From assembly GCA_964441265.1 (NCBI GenBank), contig CAYYKJ010000003.1:23428-87427 (forward strand): a stretch of DNA of 64,000 bases. The letters run 5' to 3'. The notes below the pieces were generated by a model. The model ran no database searches, was not told where the DNA came from, and saw nothing but the letters and a program-made list of their open reading frames with translations. Source of the stretch: an uncultured archaeon. Lineage in GTDB: Archaea; Aenigmatarchaeota; Aenigmatarchaeia; QMZP01; QMZT01. The position numbers were made by a program, and so were the translations under genes. Shown here one piece after another: positions 39,197 through 47,758 of the stretch (positions are counted from its first letter, which is position 1; each line of letters starts with the position of its first letter).

Positions 39197-39724
39197 CTAT
39201 TTACGGCCCTTTGCTTTCAAGTATTCATTCAATGATCTCTCGAAATGCTCTGTCAGCTTCATCTCACCGGATTTCTCCTTTTCGAGCAGTTCTTCCATGG
39301 GGATGAATTTCGCCTCGTCCGCCTCCTTCCTGTCAACCCTGAAAGGTCCCTCTTGCCTCGCTTCCATCACAGCGACGAATTCCCTCTCGTCGAACGTCTC
39401 TAACATGTATTTGGTCACGAAAATCGGATTGATCTCGACTCCCAGTTCCTCCCTGCACTCCTTTTCCGTCGCCTGTTCATAAGTATCCCCGGACTTGACG
39501 TGGCCTGCGGCAGAGGACTGCCAGTAACCGGGCCGCTGCTTTCTCTTCATGGACCTCCTCTGCACGAATATCTCACCCTTTGAATTGAATACGAGCACAT
39601 GGATCTTACGGTGGATTTTCTTTTTTCCTGTATGGGCCTCGCCCCTCCTCATTTTACCGATCACTTCATCATTCTCATCCACCACGTCGAACATCTCTTC
39701 CGGGTTGTCAACCTTCTCTTTCAT
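39197..39724 (-). CDS. Nudix hydrolase, type 1 IPP isomerase-like
   Basis: DVVDENDEVIG...HRKIHVLVFNSKGE...AAGH...EELG; lies in the mevalonate operon. Confidence 0.75.
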   Translation of the reverse strand: MKEKVDNPEEMFDVVDENDEVIGKMRRGEAHTGKKKIHRKIHVLVFNSKGEIFVQRRSMKRKQRPGYWQSSAAGHVKSGDTYEQATEKECREELGVEINPIFVTKYMLETFDEREFVAVMEARQEGPFRVDRKEADEAKFIPMEELLEKEKSGEMKLTEHFERSLNEYLKAKGRK

Positions 39725-40464
39725 ATCAATTCCATCAACTGCTGCTTTAAATTATTCAGGGAAAGCAAACGGATTCCTATCTCCTTGGCCTTCATTCGCT
39801 GCTCTTCAGTCGAATAACCCCAGTCCGCGAACAGAATGTTGGCGCCTGAATTGAGGACGGATTCGATCTGGAAGAAAACATCATCGATGAAGTAAATGTT
39901 CTCCATTGGGACGTTGAATCTCTTTGAAAACTCACTCAGGTGTTCGTTCTTGTCGGTAGAAAAGTCCTTGTCCAGGACCCTTTCTTCGGGCATCTTCACG
40001 CCGTGCTTTTCCAAGAATAAGATTGTCGCTTCCCGGTTCTTTGCCGTGCTTATGGCGACCACACACCTTTTCTGAAGGCTCTTAATCAGATCGATCAGAC
40101 AGGGATAAACCTTTATAAGACTAAATAATCTGGAATAGTTCTTTTCTGTGATCATCTTCCTCGTTTCGAAAAATATGTCCCGGAACTCCTCTGCTTTCCC
40201 CCCTGATTCCGAAATCAAAAGATTGAGATCCTTTGCTCCCATGACCCGAAAATCTTTTCCTTCCAGTATGGTTTTAATTAAAACATAAATATCCTGGGCC
40301 ATCCTCACGTAGGGTCTTGCATCAATCAATTTTTGGTAAAAATCCTTATCTACTGAAAGGTCTCTGCCCTCCATTCTGTCGAAGGCTTCCAGTGCCACAT
40401 GATATGTCTCGTGCTTGGTATCAGCTATAACACCGTCAAAATCGAAAACGAACATCTTCATCAC
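39721..40464 (-). CDS. HAD family hydrolase
   Basis: FDFDGVIAD, STAK, FIDD, ADWGY. Confidence 0.85.
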   Translation of the reverse strand: MMKMFVFDFDGVIADTKHETYHVALEAFDRMEGRDLSVDKDFYQKLIDARPYVRMAQDIYVLIKTILEGKDFRVMGAKDLNLLISESGGKAEEFRDIFFETRKMITEKNYSRLFSLIKVYPCLIDLIKSLQKRCVVAISTAKNREATILFLEKHGVKMPEERVLDKDFSTDKNEHLSEFSKRFNVPMENIYFIDDVFFQIESVLNSGANILFADWGYSTEEQRMKAKEIGIRLLSLNNLKQQLMELI

Positions 40465-40470
40465 ACCACT

Positions 40471-41463
40471 TCAGAAAAGGTGTTCATCCGTCATTTTCGC
40501 CGGCCCGCCGACCTTGCAGATGTGGGTGTCCTCCACTACCCCGAGGTCTTTCAGCCGCTTCTCGATTTCTTCCGAATCCTTGGACCAGCAAAGCACCTTT
40601 ACCTGGGGACCTCCATCTATGGTGAAATAGCATTCCAGACCACCGTCCCTCCATTCCATTACCGAATGTATTATCTTTATCGTGGAGGGGTTCCAGTATA
40701 TTATAGGCGGTGTCGTGGTCATCATTACCGCGTGCATCTTCAGGCAGTTCATTTCAACCGTTTCCCCGAGAAGCTTGAAATCCTTCTCGGTGATCGCCTT
40801 CCTCACGTTTTCGATGTCCTTCCCGCACTCTTCTACCCATTTCCGGTAATATGGGCAGTTATCCACGCTCATGGCCATACCGGCCCTGCTCTTGATTTTC
40901 TTCTCCTCCTTGGTTGTCACCGCAACGACCATGTCGAGGTCCCAGTGATCAGGAGAAGCGATCTGCTCCGCAAAGGAGTCGGTACCGTCCTCCTTCTCCC
41001 CCCGGTGCCACCATACGAAGCCGCCTGCTATGGACCTGGATGCGGATCCCGATCCCCTTCTGGAGAGCATGGACAGCTCTTTCTCGCCGAGATCGAGGCC
41101 GGCGGCCTTCGCACCTGCCATGCTCAGGGCAGCAAATCCTGAAGCGGAAGATGCCAGCCCGGCGGCCGTGGGAAAATTATTCACCGACATCACCTTGGCC
41201 TTCTCGGATATTCCTGCCATCTCCCTGATCAGGTCGATGTGCTTGATCACCTTGGAGAGCTCCTTTCCCTCTGTCAGCTCCTCCCCGTTCAGAATTACAA
41301 TGTCCTCATCATACTTTGAATCGAATTCCACCGTGGTGGTGGTTGTCATCCCGTCCAGAGTCATGGACGTGCTCCCGGCCTGCGGGAGCATGAGCTTCTT
41401 GTCTCTCTTGCCCCAATATTTGGTGAGGGCAATGTTAGCATTGGCAATGGCTGTCGCCTTCAT
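40471..41463 (-). CDS. mvaD: Diphosphomevalonate decarboxylase
   Basis: NIALTKYWGK, PTAAGLASSASGFAAL, RRGSGSASRS, TIDGGPQV. Confidence 0.93.
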   Translation of the reverse strand: MKATAIANANIALTKYWGKRDKKLMLPQAGSTSMTLDGMTTTTTVEFDSKYDEDIVILNGEELTEGKELSKVIKHIDLIREMAGISEKAKVMSVNNFPTAAGLASSASGFAALSMAGAKAAGLDLGEKELSMLSRRGSGSASRSIAGGFVWWHRGEKEDGTDSFAEQIASPDHWDLDMVVAVTTKEEKKIKSRAGMAMSVDNCPYYRKWVEECGKDIENVRKAITEKDFKLLGETVEMNCLKMHAVMMTTTPPIIYWNPSTIKIIHSVMEWRDGGLECYFTIDGGPQVKVLCWSKDSEEIEKRLKDLGVVEDTHICKVGGPAKMTDEHLF

Positions 41464-41518
41464 GGAAAATCACCTCAGGATTTTATAATCTAAGAATTGG
41501 AAGGGAAATATAAAAAGA

Positions 41519-42625
41519 CTAGAGTGCCTCTTTCATCAAACCGTCAAGAATCTTAACGTCTTTAATTGTTTCGCCGCTATTGTATTGCTCTTCAAATGTC
41601 TTCCTATGTCTATCGGCCTCTTTCGGATCTATTATTGTGACATTATGCGCGATCTTGCTTTTTTGTTCCTTGTCCCTCACGGAATAAACCACACCTATAT
41701 CTCCGACTAGTGTCGCCTTTCTCATCCTCGGGTCCTGTTCGCCCAGTCTGATCTCGAAACTCTTTCCCAGATCGATATAACCTCTGAGTATGTCTTTTGC
41801 CGCCTCCAGCAGCTGTGGGTATGCCTGCAGATTTTTTGCGGTTCCCTTCCTGTTCGCTGAATATCTCCGCTTTCTTTCGGGATCCAGATCTATAGCATGC
41901 CTGAGCATCTCGAAATAGGTCGGCCGGAGAAGATTTTTCTTCAGTATATCCACGCTGTCCTTGTACTTCAACGGATCGGCCTCGGTAGGAAGAATTACTC
42001 CGGGAGACGTGGATGTCACATCCACAGTCTTGTTTGAAGGGAACAAATGAAATATCCCGAAAAGTTCATATGCCTGGGTAGAACCGACCGCGGGATAAGC
42101 GGATTCGATCTGCGCCGCATCTTCACCGATTTCACCGAGCAGTCTGAACCTTTCAATGAGCTCTGCGGGATCTTTCAGAATGTCCGACGCCTGTGCAAAA
42201 TAGATATCCCGGAGCTCTTTCAGCTCATCCGGTGAGTATTGAAGCAAATTGGGATCAGTGTAAATAGCCAACTCTTCAGTATCTGTCGGATAATTTTCGA
42301 TATAACCGTCAATCATTCTCGGTATCGTGAACATTCTCGCTAAAATGTGATTGAAAGGTCCGATGATTTTTTTCCCGTCCTCTGCTCCAATCATTTTGAA
42401 GAACCCGGTCTTTAGCTTATCCTTGGGCGCTTCAACACAGGAATCAATCATGTCTCTGTGATCAGTAACATCGTGCATGCTGTCAGGCACGGGCATGCGC
42501 AGAGGATAAACATCTTGTTTCTCCATATAATACTGAGAAAGCCTTCCCGCTTCCTCCACAATTGAATCACTATACAAACCGGAAAAGAGTTCCGTGACTT
42601 TATCCCCGAATTTTTTCATCAGCAT
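41519..42625 (-). CDS. Hypothetical protein
   Basis: Long ORF with no recognised motif; the C-terminus weakly recalls a TrmB/PLD-like domain. Confidence 0.7.
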   Translation of the reverse strand: MLMKKFGDKVTELFSGLYSDSIVEEAGRLSQYYMEKQDVYPLRMPVPDSMHDVTDHRDMIDSCVEAPKDKLKTGFFKMIGAEDGKKIIGPFNHILARMFTIPRMIDGYIENYPTDTEELAIYTDPNLLQYSPDELKELRDIYFAQASDILKDPAELIERFRLLGEIGEDAAQIESAYPAVGSTQAYELFGIFHLFPSNKTVDVTSTSPGVILPTEADPLKYKDSVDILKKNLLRPTYFEMLRHAIDLDPERKRRYSANRKGTAKNLQAYPQLLEAAKDILRGYIDLGKSFEIRLGEQDPRMRKATLVGDIGVVYSVRDKEQKSKIAHNVTIIDPKEADRHRKTFEEQYNSGETIKDVKILDGLMKEAL

Positions 42626-42758
42626 CACTTCTTTTGCGTTATTATTCGGTGAAAGACATTTATCTCTTCTGGGCGAATCCAGGAGGAAAATTATCATCCA
42701 AAACATTTAAATACCCATTAAATAACTACTATTAGATAACAAAATAATTAGTGATTAT

Positions 42759-43898
42759 ATGACATTGTACATACCAAAATTCGATGTAAAGGGGATTCCA
42801 GCAGCTTTCCCTTTATACAGGGTTCCGCTTCAAGAAACCGGTAAATGGGGAATCAGATATGATAACGCAAGTGATCTGAAGAAGCTTCTGGAGATGGACA
42901 GGAGTCTTTACAAAAAGGAATGGGAAATGGGGAAAGGTGCCCAGATGGACAATGTGACAAAGGCTTCTGAAGAGGCCGGGTTCGGACCCATGACAAAGGT
43001 CCTGCAGAAGGCAGGCGGTGCGCTGTGTTCATATTTATGTGATAAGATCGACGGTGAAATCGTAATACTGGACAACGGAGCGGGTCCCGGTCAGTCAGCG
43101 AGGAAAGTAGCTGATTCACTGACCAATAGGGAAAAATCAAGGGTCAAGATCCTTCTTCTGGACCCATCGGGAGAGAAGCTCGCTGAAGCGAAAAGGGCAT
43201 TGGGAACCGAAATAGAATATGAAGCTCTTCCCCCATGCAGTGATTACGAGGCTCTGGAAAAAACCAATTTAAAACCGGGGGAAGTCGACATCGTGCTCAA
43301 CGTGGCCGGGGGGAAACATCACAACATGCTGGCCCCATGGGGTTTGTACAAAGACATATTGAAACAAAACGGTTACTTTGTCGACATAGACTGGAACACC
43401 GACTGCTGGAGGCCGGCGATAGTATACGACATGATGGATTCCTGGGAGTGGGAAGACAAGGAGGAAATCCTGAAAGGATTCGCTGACATGTTCATACCTG
43501 AACTGACGGGAAACAAAGAGATGGATCTGGAACTGGCAAGAAAAAGGGATTACTCCGAGAACGAACTGGACGCACAGGCAGTGAAGGACATGATTTCTTT
43601 CTGGACCGGTTACGGACGGTTTGAACTGAAGAGCGGTGCCCAGGGAAAACACGCAATCTTCTGGCCGGAAGGCCACATGAACAGCAAAAAGATATTGGAA
43701 TATATGACTACAGCAGGGCTTAACCCCAATTCCGATGATTTGAAAAGAATGAAATCCGAGGGGCTGGAGATAGACTACAGCGTCATAAGGGGCGGGAGTT
43801 TGAAAGAGGGAAAGACGAAAATAAAGGATTTCCCCCACAACATATGTCCTGACACATCGCTCTGGTCTATAAACATCGGTCAGAAAGAATCGAAATGA
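42759..43898 (+). CDS. Class I SAM-dependent methyltransferase-like protein
   Basis: ILDNGAGPG and LLDPS...LAEAK. Confidence 0.7.
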   Translation: MTLYIPKFDVKGIPAAFPLYRVPLQETGKWGIRYDNASDLKKLLEMDRSLYKKEWEMGKGAQMDNVTKASEEAGFGPMTKVLQKAGGALCSYLCDKIDGEIVILDNGAGPGQSARKVADSLTNREKSRVKILLLDPSGEKLAEAKRALGTEIEYEALPPCSDYEALEKTNLKPGEVDIVLNVAGGKHHNMLAPWGLYKDILKQNGYFVDIDWNTDCWRPAIVYDMMDSWEWEDKEEILKGFADMFIPELTGNKEMDLELARKRDYSENELDAQAVKDMISFWTGYGRFELKSGAQGKHAIFWPEGHMNSKKILEYMTTAGLNPNSDDLKRMKSEGLEIDYSVIRGGSLKEGKTKIKDFPHNICPDTSLWSINIGQKESK

Positions 43899-43946
43899 AA
43901 TATCCCCTTCCAGCTTTTTATATGATCCGTTTCAATACTTATCATT

Positions 43947-44957
43947 ATGCAGGGAAAGATCACCGGTTCCAGGAAGGCTGATCACATAGACATCTGCCTC
44001 GGGAAGGACGTTGAGTACTCCAAGAGCAACGGCTTCGGGAGGTATGACCTTCCCCACAGGGCTCTGCCCGAGGTTGATCTTCAGGAGATAGACTGCTCGT
44101 GCAAGTTCTTCGGGAAGAAGCTGGGCTATCCATTGTTTGTGACTGGGATGACCGGAGGGACCGACCGGGCACTGGAGATAAACAGGAACATAGCCAGGGC
44201 AGCGGAGGTGCTGGGGATCGGCTTCGGAGTGGGTTCCCAGAGGGCAATGCTGGAGAATCCCTCGCTGACAAGAACTTACAAGGTCCGCAAGCTGGCGCCC
44301 AACGTCCTTTTTCTGGGCAACATAGGGGCGGGCCAGCTCCAAGAATATGACCCGGGGAAGATAAAGCTCATGGTGGAGAAGATCGAGGCGGACGGGCTGG
44401 CCCTGCACCTGAACCCCGCGCAGGAGATGGCCCAGGACGAGGGGGATTATTCATGGTCGGGGGTGCTGGACATGATAAAGAAACTTACCAGGTCAGTTGA
44501 TTTCCCGGTGATGGCGAAGGAGGTCGGGACGGGAATATCGGGAGACGTCGCCAGGATGCTTGCGGGTGCCGGCGTGAAAGCCATAGACGTGTCCGGGGCA
44601 GGCGGGACCTCCTGGATAAAGGTGGACTCCTACAGGAGCGGAAGGGAGATGGATTCCTTTTTGGAATGGGGCATCCCGACCGCGGAGGCCCTGAAAGATA
44701 CGGTTTCCAAGGTAAGGGTCCCGGTGATGGCGAGCGGGGGCATAAGGAACGGCATAGAGGCGGCGAAGGCCATTGCTATGGGCGCCTCTCTCGCGGGTTT
44801 CGCGCTCCCGGTGCTGGAGCCCGCCACGAGGGGATGGGAAGCGGTGAAGGAGAGGATGGAAAGGATCATCTTCGAGCTGAAGACTGCCATGTTCCTTTCG
44901 GGGGCGAAAAACCTCGCGGAGCTGCGAAGAAACAGGCTAACAGAAAGATATAAGTGA
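43947..44957 (+). CDS. fni: Type 2 (FMN) isopentenyl-diphosphate isomerase
   Basis: RKADHI, GMTGG, GVGSQR, HLNPAQE, KEVG, GAGGTSW. Confidence 0.95.
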   Translation: MQGKITGSRKADHIDICLGKDVEYSKSNGFGRYDLPHRALPEVDLQEIDCSCKFFGKKLGYPLFVTGMTGGTDRALEINRNIARAAEVLGIGFGVGSQRAMLENPSLTRTYKVRKLAPNVLFLGNIGAGQLQEYDPGKIKLMVEKIEADGLALHLNPAQEMAQDEGDYSWSGVLDMIKKLTRSVDFPVMAKEVGTGISGDVARMLAGAGVKAIDVSGAGGTSWIKVDSYRSGREMDSFLEWGIPTAEALKDTVSKVRVPVMASGGIRNGIEAAKAIAMGASLAGFALPVLEPATRGWEAVKERMERIIFELKTAMFLSGAKNLAELRRNRLTERYK

Positions 44958-44976
44958 GCCCTTCCAATTATGAAAC

Positions 44977-45600
44977 ATGGTCAACAAGGAGCTTTTTGAC
45001 TACATAAAATCCCAGCTTGAGTCAGGGCAGAATCCGGACGAGGTCAGGAAGATCCTCCTCCAGGCGGGATGGACTTCAAACGACATCAGAGAAGCCGCCG
45101 AAACCGTCAGGAAGGTAATAGAGAACCAGAGAATCGCCAGGGAGAAAATGGCAGAGCAGAAGAAATCCGGGGAGAAGCGTCCTTCAGAAAGTAATTACAC
45201 ATATGGGCTTCTGCTTTCCATGCTGGGAGGCATGCTGATACTCATAAACGGCGTATACACCTCGGTCTTCAGGACAATGTCAATGGATTTCTTCTCAAGC
45301 ATCGGAATGGGTTTCTACCTGTTCTCAAACGAGGCCTCCGCCAACACGATTTTCGGGATAACAGGGGCGGTGATAGGGCTGATAATAATGGCTGTGAACA
45401 TCCATAAAATGAAACCGGGGGGTTCGCAGGGCGTGCACAGGAGGATAATAGACAGGATAGAGAACCTGCTGGAAGGCAGGACCGGATTCAGCGGATTGAT
45501 CACCTTCCTGCTATCGGTGCTGGGGTTGCTCTTCGGAGGACTTTACATCGGGCCGGCCATAGGGGTTATCGGCGGAATTCTCCGGTACCTCGGGAAATAA
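44977..45600 (+). CDS. Hypothetical membrane protein
   Basis: Soluble N-domain (DYIKSQL...LLQAGW) plus about four TM helices. Confidence 0.75.
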   Translation: MVNKELFDYIKSQLESGQNPDEVRKILLQAGWTSNDIREAAETVRKVIENQRIAREKMAEQKKSGEKRPSESNYTYGLLLSMLGGMLILINGVYTSVFRTMSMDFFSSIGMGFYLFSNEASANTIFGITGAVIGLIIMAVNIHKMKPGGSQGVHRRIIDRIENLLEGRTGFSGLITFLLSVLGLLFGGLYIGPAIGVIGGILRYLGK

Positions 45601-45603
45601 AAT

Positions 45604-45834
45604 CTAGAGCGGATTCTCTATTTTGTCCCTGAAATATTCGCATTTGCCGCAGTAACTGCCGTCTCCCAGATTAGCAAGCACTCCCCGGGGGCAGGGCGAA
45701 AAAGTCTTCAATCCGCTCAGGGCTATAACATCCGGACTGCTGCAGAATATCCCGTCTGTGGGAAAATCCTCCCCGTGTTCTTTCGGGCGGTTTCCCCATA
45801 CGCATCTTTTATACGTCTGTGCCTGCGCTCCCAT
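45604..45834 (-). CDS. Small Cys-rich hypothetical protein
   Basis: Five Cys including CGKCEYF; promoter-like TTATAA upstream. Confidence 0.55.
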   Translation of the reverse strand: MGAQAQTYKRCVWGNRPKEHGEDFPTDGIFCSSPDVIALSGLKTFSPCPRGVLANLGDGSYCGKCEYFRDKIENPL

Positions 45835-45875
45835 GGATTAGAATAGTGAGGAAAATCTTATAAGCGAGAGCGGGG

Positions 45876-46271
45876 TCATCTCATGCTGAAAGAATACCTT
45901 CCGGGAGCCCATTTACCTCCCGAGGCCCGGTAGCCACATTTGGGGCATTTAGCTCCGGATACGAGCTTACGGCCCTTCAGGTTCTTGGTGTAGAATCTTC
46001 GGAGGCCGTGGCCGCAGGAGGGGCATTTTTTTCGGGACTTTCCTTTTTTCGTGCGGATGATGACCCTGATTCCGCTGGCTTTCAGGCAGATTTTCCTTAT
46101 CCTGGAACCGGAAATGGTATATCTCGGCTCGACCTTCTTGAGGTCGGCATTCACCATCTCGCCCAGCTTCTTCTGTGAATCCACTTCCCTCTTCTTCAGG
46201 ATCTTTCTGAGAATGAAGACCACCACGTCCTCCTTGGGACGCTTGGAACCCTTAACTTTCGCCCTGGGCAT
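45876..46271 (-). CDS. Basic hypothetical protein with Zn ribbon
   Basis: CPSCG...CPKCGY...PGRYSF. Confidence 0.75.
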   Translation of the reverse strand: MPRAKVKGSKRPKEDVVVFILRKILKKREVDSQKKLGEMVNADLKKVEPRYTISGSRIRKICLKASGIRVIIRTKKGKSRKKCPSCGHGLRRFYTKNLKGRKLVSGAKCPKCGYRASGGKWAPGRYSFSMR

Positions 46272-46308
46272 GATTAAGATTTAAATCGCGGATTTTTAAG
46301 TAAAATTT

Positions 46309-46611
46309 ATGGGCTTTGATTCGGAAGTGATGTTCCTTGTCAAGAAAATACCCAGGGGGAAGGTCACCACATACAAGGAGATGGGCAGGGCGCTCGGCAG
46401 CAGGGGCTACCGCTCGGTGGGGCAGGCGCTGAAAAGGAACCCGAGGCCGGTGGTGATACCCTGCCACAGGGTCGTTAATTCAGACGGCAGTATAGGGGGG
46501 TACCACGGAAAATCTGACAGCGATGAAAAGGAGAGAATCCTCAGGGAGGAAGGGGTGGAGATAAGACAGGGAAAAATAAACCTCAAAAAACACTTCTTCC
46601 GGATGGTTTAG
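46309..46611 (+). CDS. ogt: Methylated-DNA-protein-cysteine methyltransferase (single domain)
   Basis: IPRGKVTTY and VIPCHRVV. Confidence 0.88.
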   Translation: MGFDSEVMFLVKKIPRGKVTTYKEMGRALGSRGYRSVGQALKRNPRPVVIPCHRVVNSDGSIGGYHGKSDSDEKERILREEGVEIRQGKINLKKHFFRMV

Positions 46612-46769
46612 GTCCAGAGTTCGGCCTTCTCCTCGTCTGTTTCTGTCTCCAGGATAAGGCCGTATCTGCTGAAAAAAGTGGAGCACTTGGGACACATGAA
46701 AGCCTCCGGCCTTCTGTTCCAGAGCTTCCCCACAGTACCGCAAACAGGACATTTATTAGTGCAAATCAT
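46608..46769 (-). CDS. Small Zn-ribbon protein (53 aa)
   Basis: MICTNKCPVCG...MCPKCSTFFSRYG...ELWT*; follows rpl32e; below the ORF-track cutoff. Confidence 0.7.
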   Translation of the reverse strand: MICTNKCPVCGTVGKLWNRRPEAFMCPKCSTFFSRYGLILETETDEEKAELWT

Positions 46770-46788
46770 GAAAAGACACCAGTGATAT

Positions 46789-47157
46789 TTATTTGTTCTT
46801 GACTCTTATATCCCTTTTTTCGGCGTTCTCGAGAATTTCGAGCCTTTTCTTCTTCCCGACGGTTCCGGAAATAACCGCGATTTCTTCGTCTTTTTTTATT
46901 CCTTCCAGTCCGGAGGGGTTGTACACGAGGACCTCTTTCATGCCTTCCCTGTCGAGCCCCCTAACACCGGAAGGGCTTCCGTAACCGGGATTTGGCGGGC
47001 TGGATTTGCCCTTGAGCCGCATCCTCATCTTGGAGCGTATTCCCCTGGGCTTCCTCCACTTGTCCTTGAGTCCCTTCCTCTTGTATTCCTGCCTCTTGAA
47101 CCGGGGCTTCTTCTTCTTTATCTCTTTCCTTATCTCAATCTTTTCCTTCATTTTCAT
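46789..47157 (-). CDS. rpl32e: 50S ribosomal protein L32e
   Basis: KPRFKRQE...WRKPRGIRSKMR...GYGSP. Confidence 0.95.
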   Translation of the reverse strand: MKMKEKIEIRKEIKKKKPRFKRQEYKRKGLKDKWRKPRGIRSKMRMRLKGKSSPPNPGYGSPSGVRGLDREGMKEVLVYNPSGLEGIKKDEEIAVISGTVGKKKRLEILENAEKRDIRVKNK

Positions 47158-47683
47158 CCTCTGTGTATGGCTTTCTGACTATGTAGCATCCGTCCTGGAA
47201 CACCCTCTTGTCGTATCCCTTTATTTTGGTGCTGTGTTCTATCCTGGCGCACAGCTGGCCCACCCTTTCCTTGTCAGTCCCTGACACACGGATGGTGCTC
47301 TTGTCTATGTCAACCTTCAGGTCTTCCGGTATGGAAACGTACCTGGGATTCTTCTGCCCCAGGAAGTTTTCTATCACCAGCTTCCCCTGATCGGACTTCA
47401 TCTTGACCGGGAAATGGGAATAGACCATCTTCACTTCCCCATTCCATCCCTTGGTCACGCCGAGAATCATGTTGTTTATGACCGCCTTCCAGGTTCCCAT
47501 GACAGCCCTGACTTTTTTCCTCTCGTTTTTCGAGGAAAGGGTTATCTTGCCGTTTTCTATTTTCACCTCTACGAACGGGTTGGAGAACCTCCTGGAGAGT
47601 TCTCCCTTGCTGCCGCTGATTTTAAGATTTCCGTTTTCTTCTTTCACATCGGCCCCTTCAGGGATCTCGATTTCATGCATCAT
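47135..47683 (-). CDS. rpl6: 50S ribosomal protein L6
   Basis: YSHFP, NFLG, DKRVFQDGCYI. Confidence 0.95.
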   Translation of the reverse strand: MMHEIEIPEGADVKEENGNLKISGSKGELSRRFSNPFVEVKIENGKITLSSKNERKKVRAVMGTWKAVINNMILGVTKGWNGEVKMVYSHFPVKMKSDQGKLVIENFLGQKNPRYVSIPEDLKVDIDKSTIRVSGTDKERVGQLCARIEHSTKIKGYDKRVFQDGCYIVRKPYTEDENEGKD

Positions 47684-47758
47684 GATTTACCTTCCGGAAT
47701 CAAACGCGTAATAGTGAAATTGTTATTAAAGGTATTTAAAAGTTTCAGAACGCAGGTT

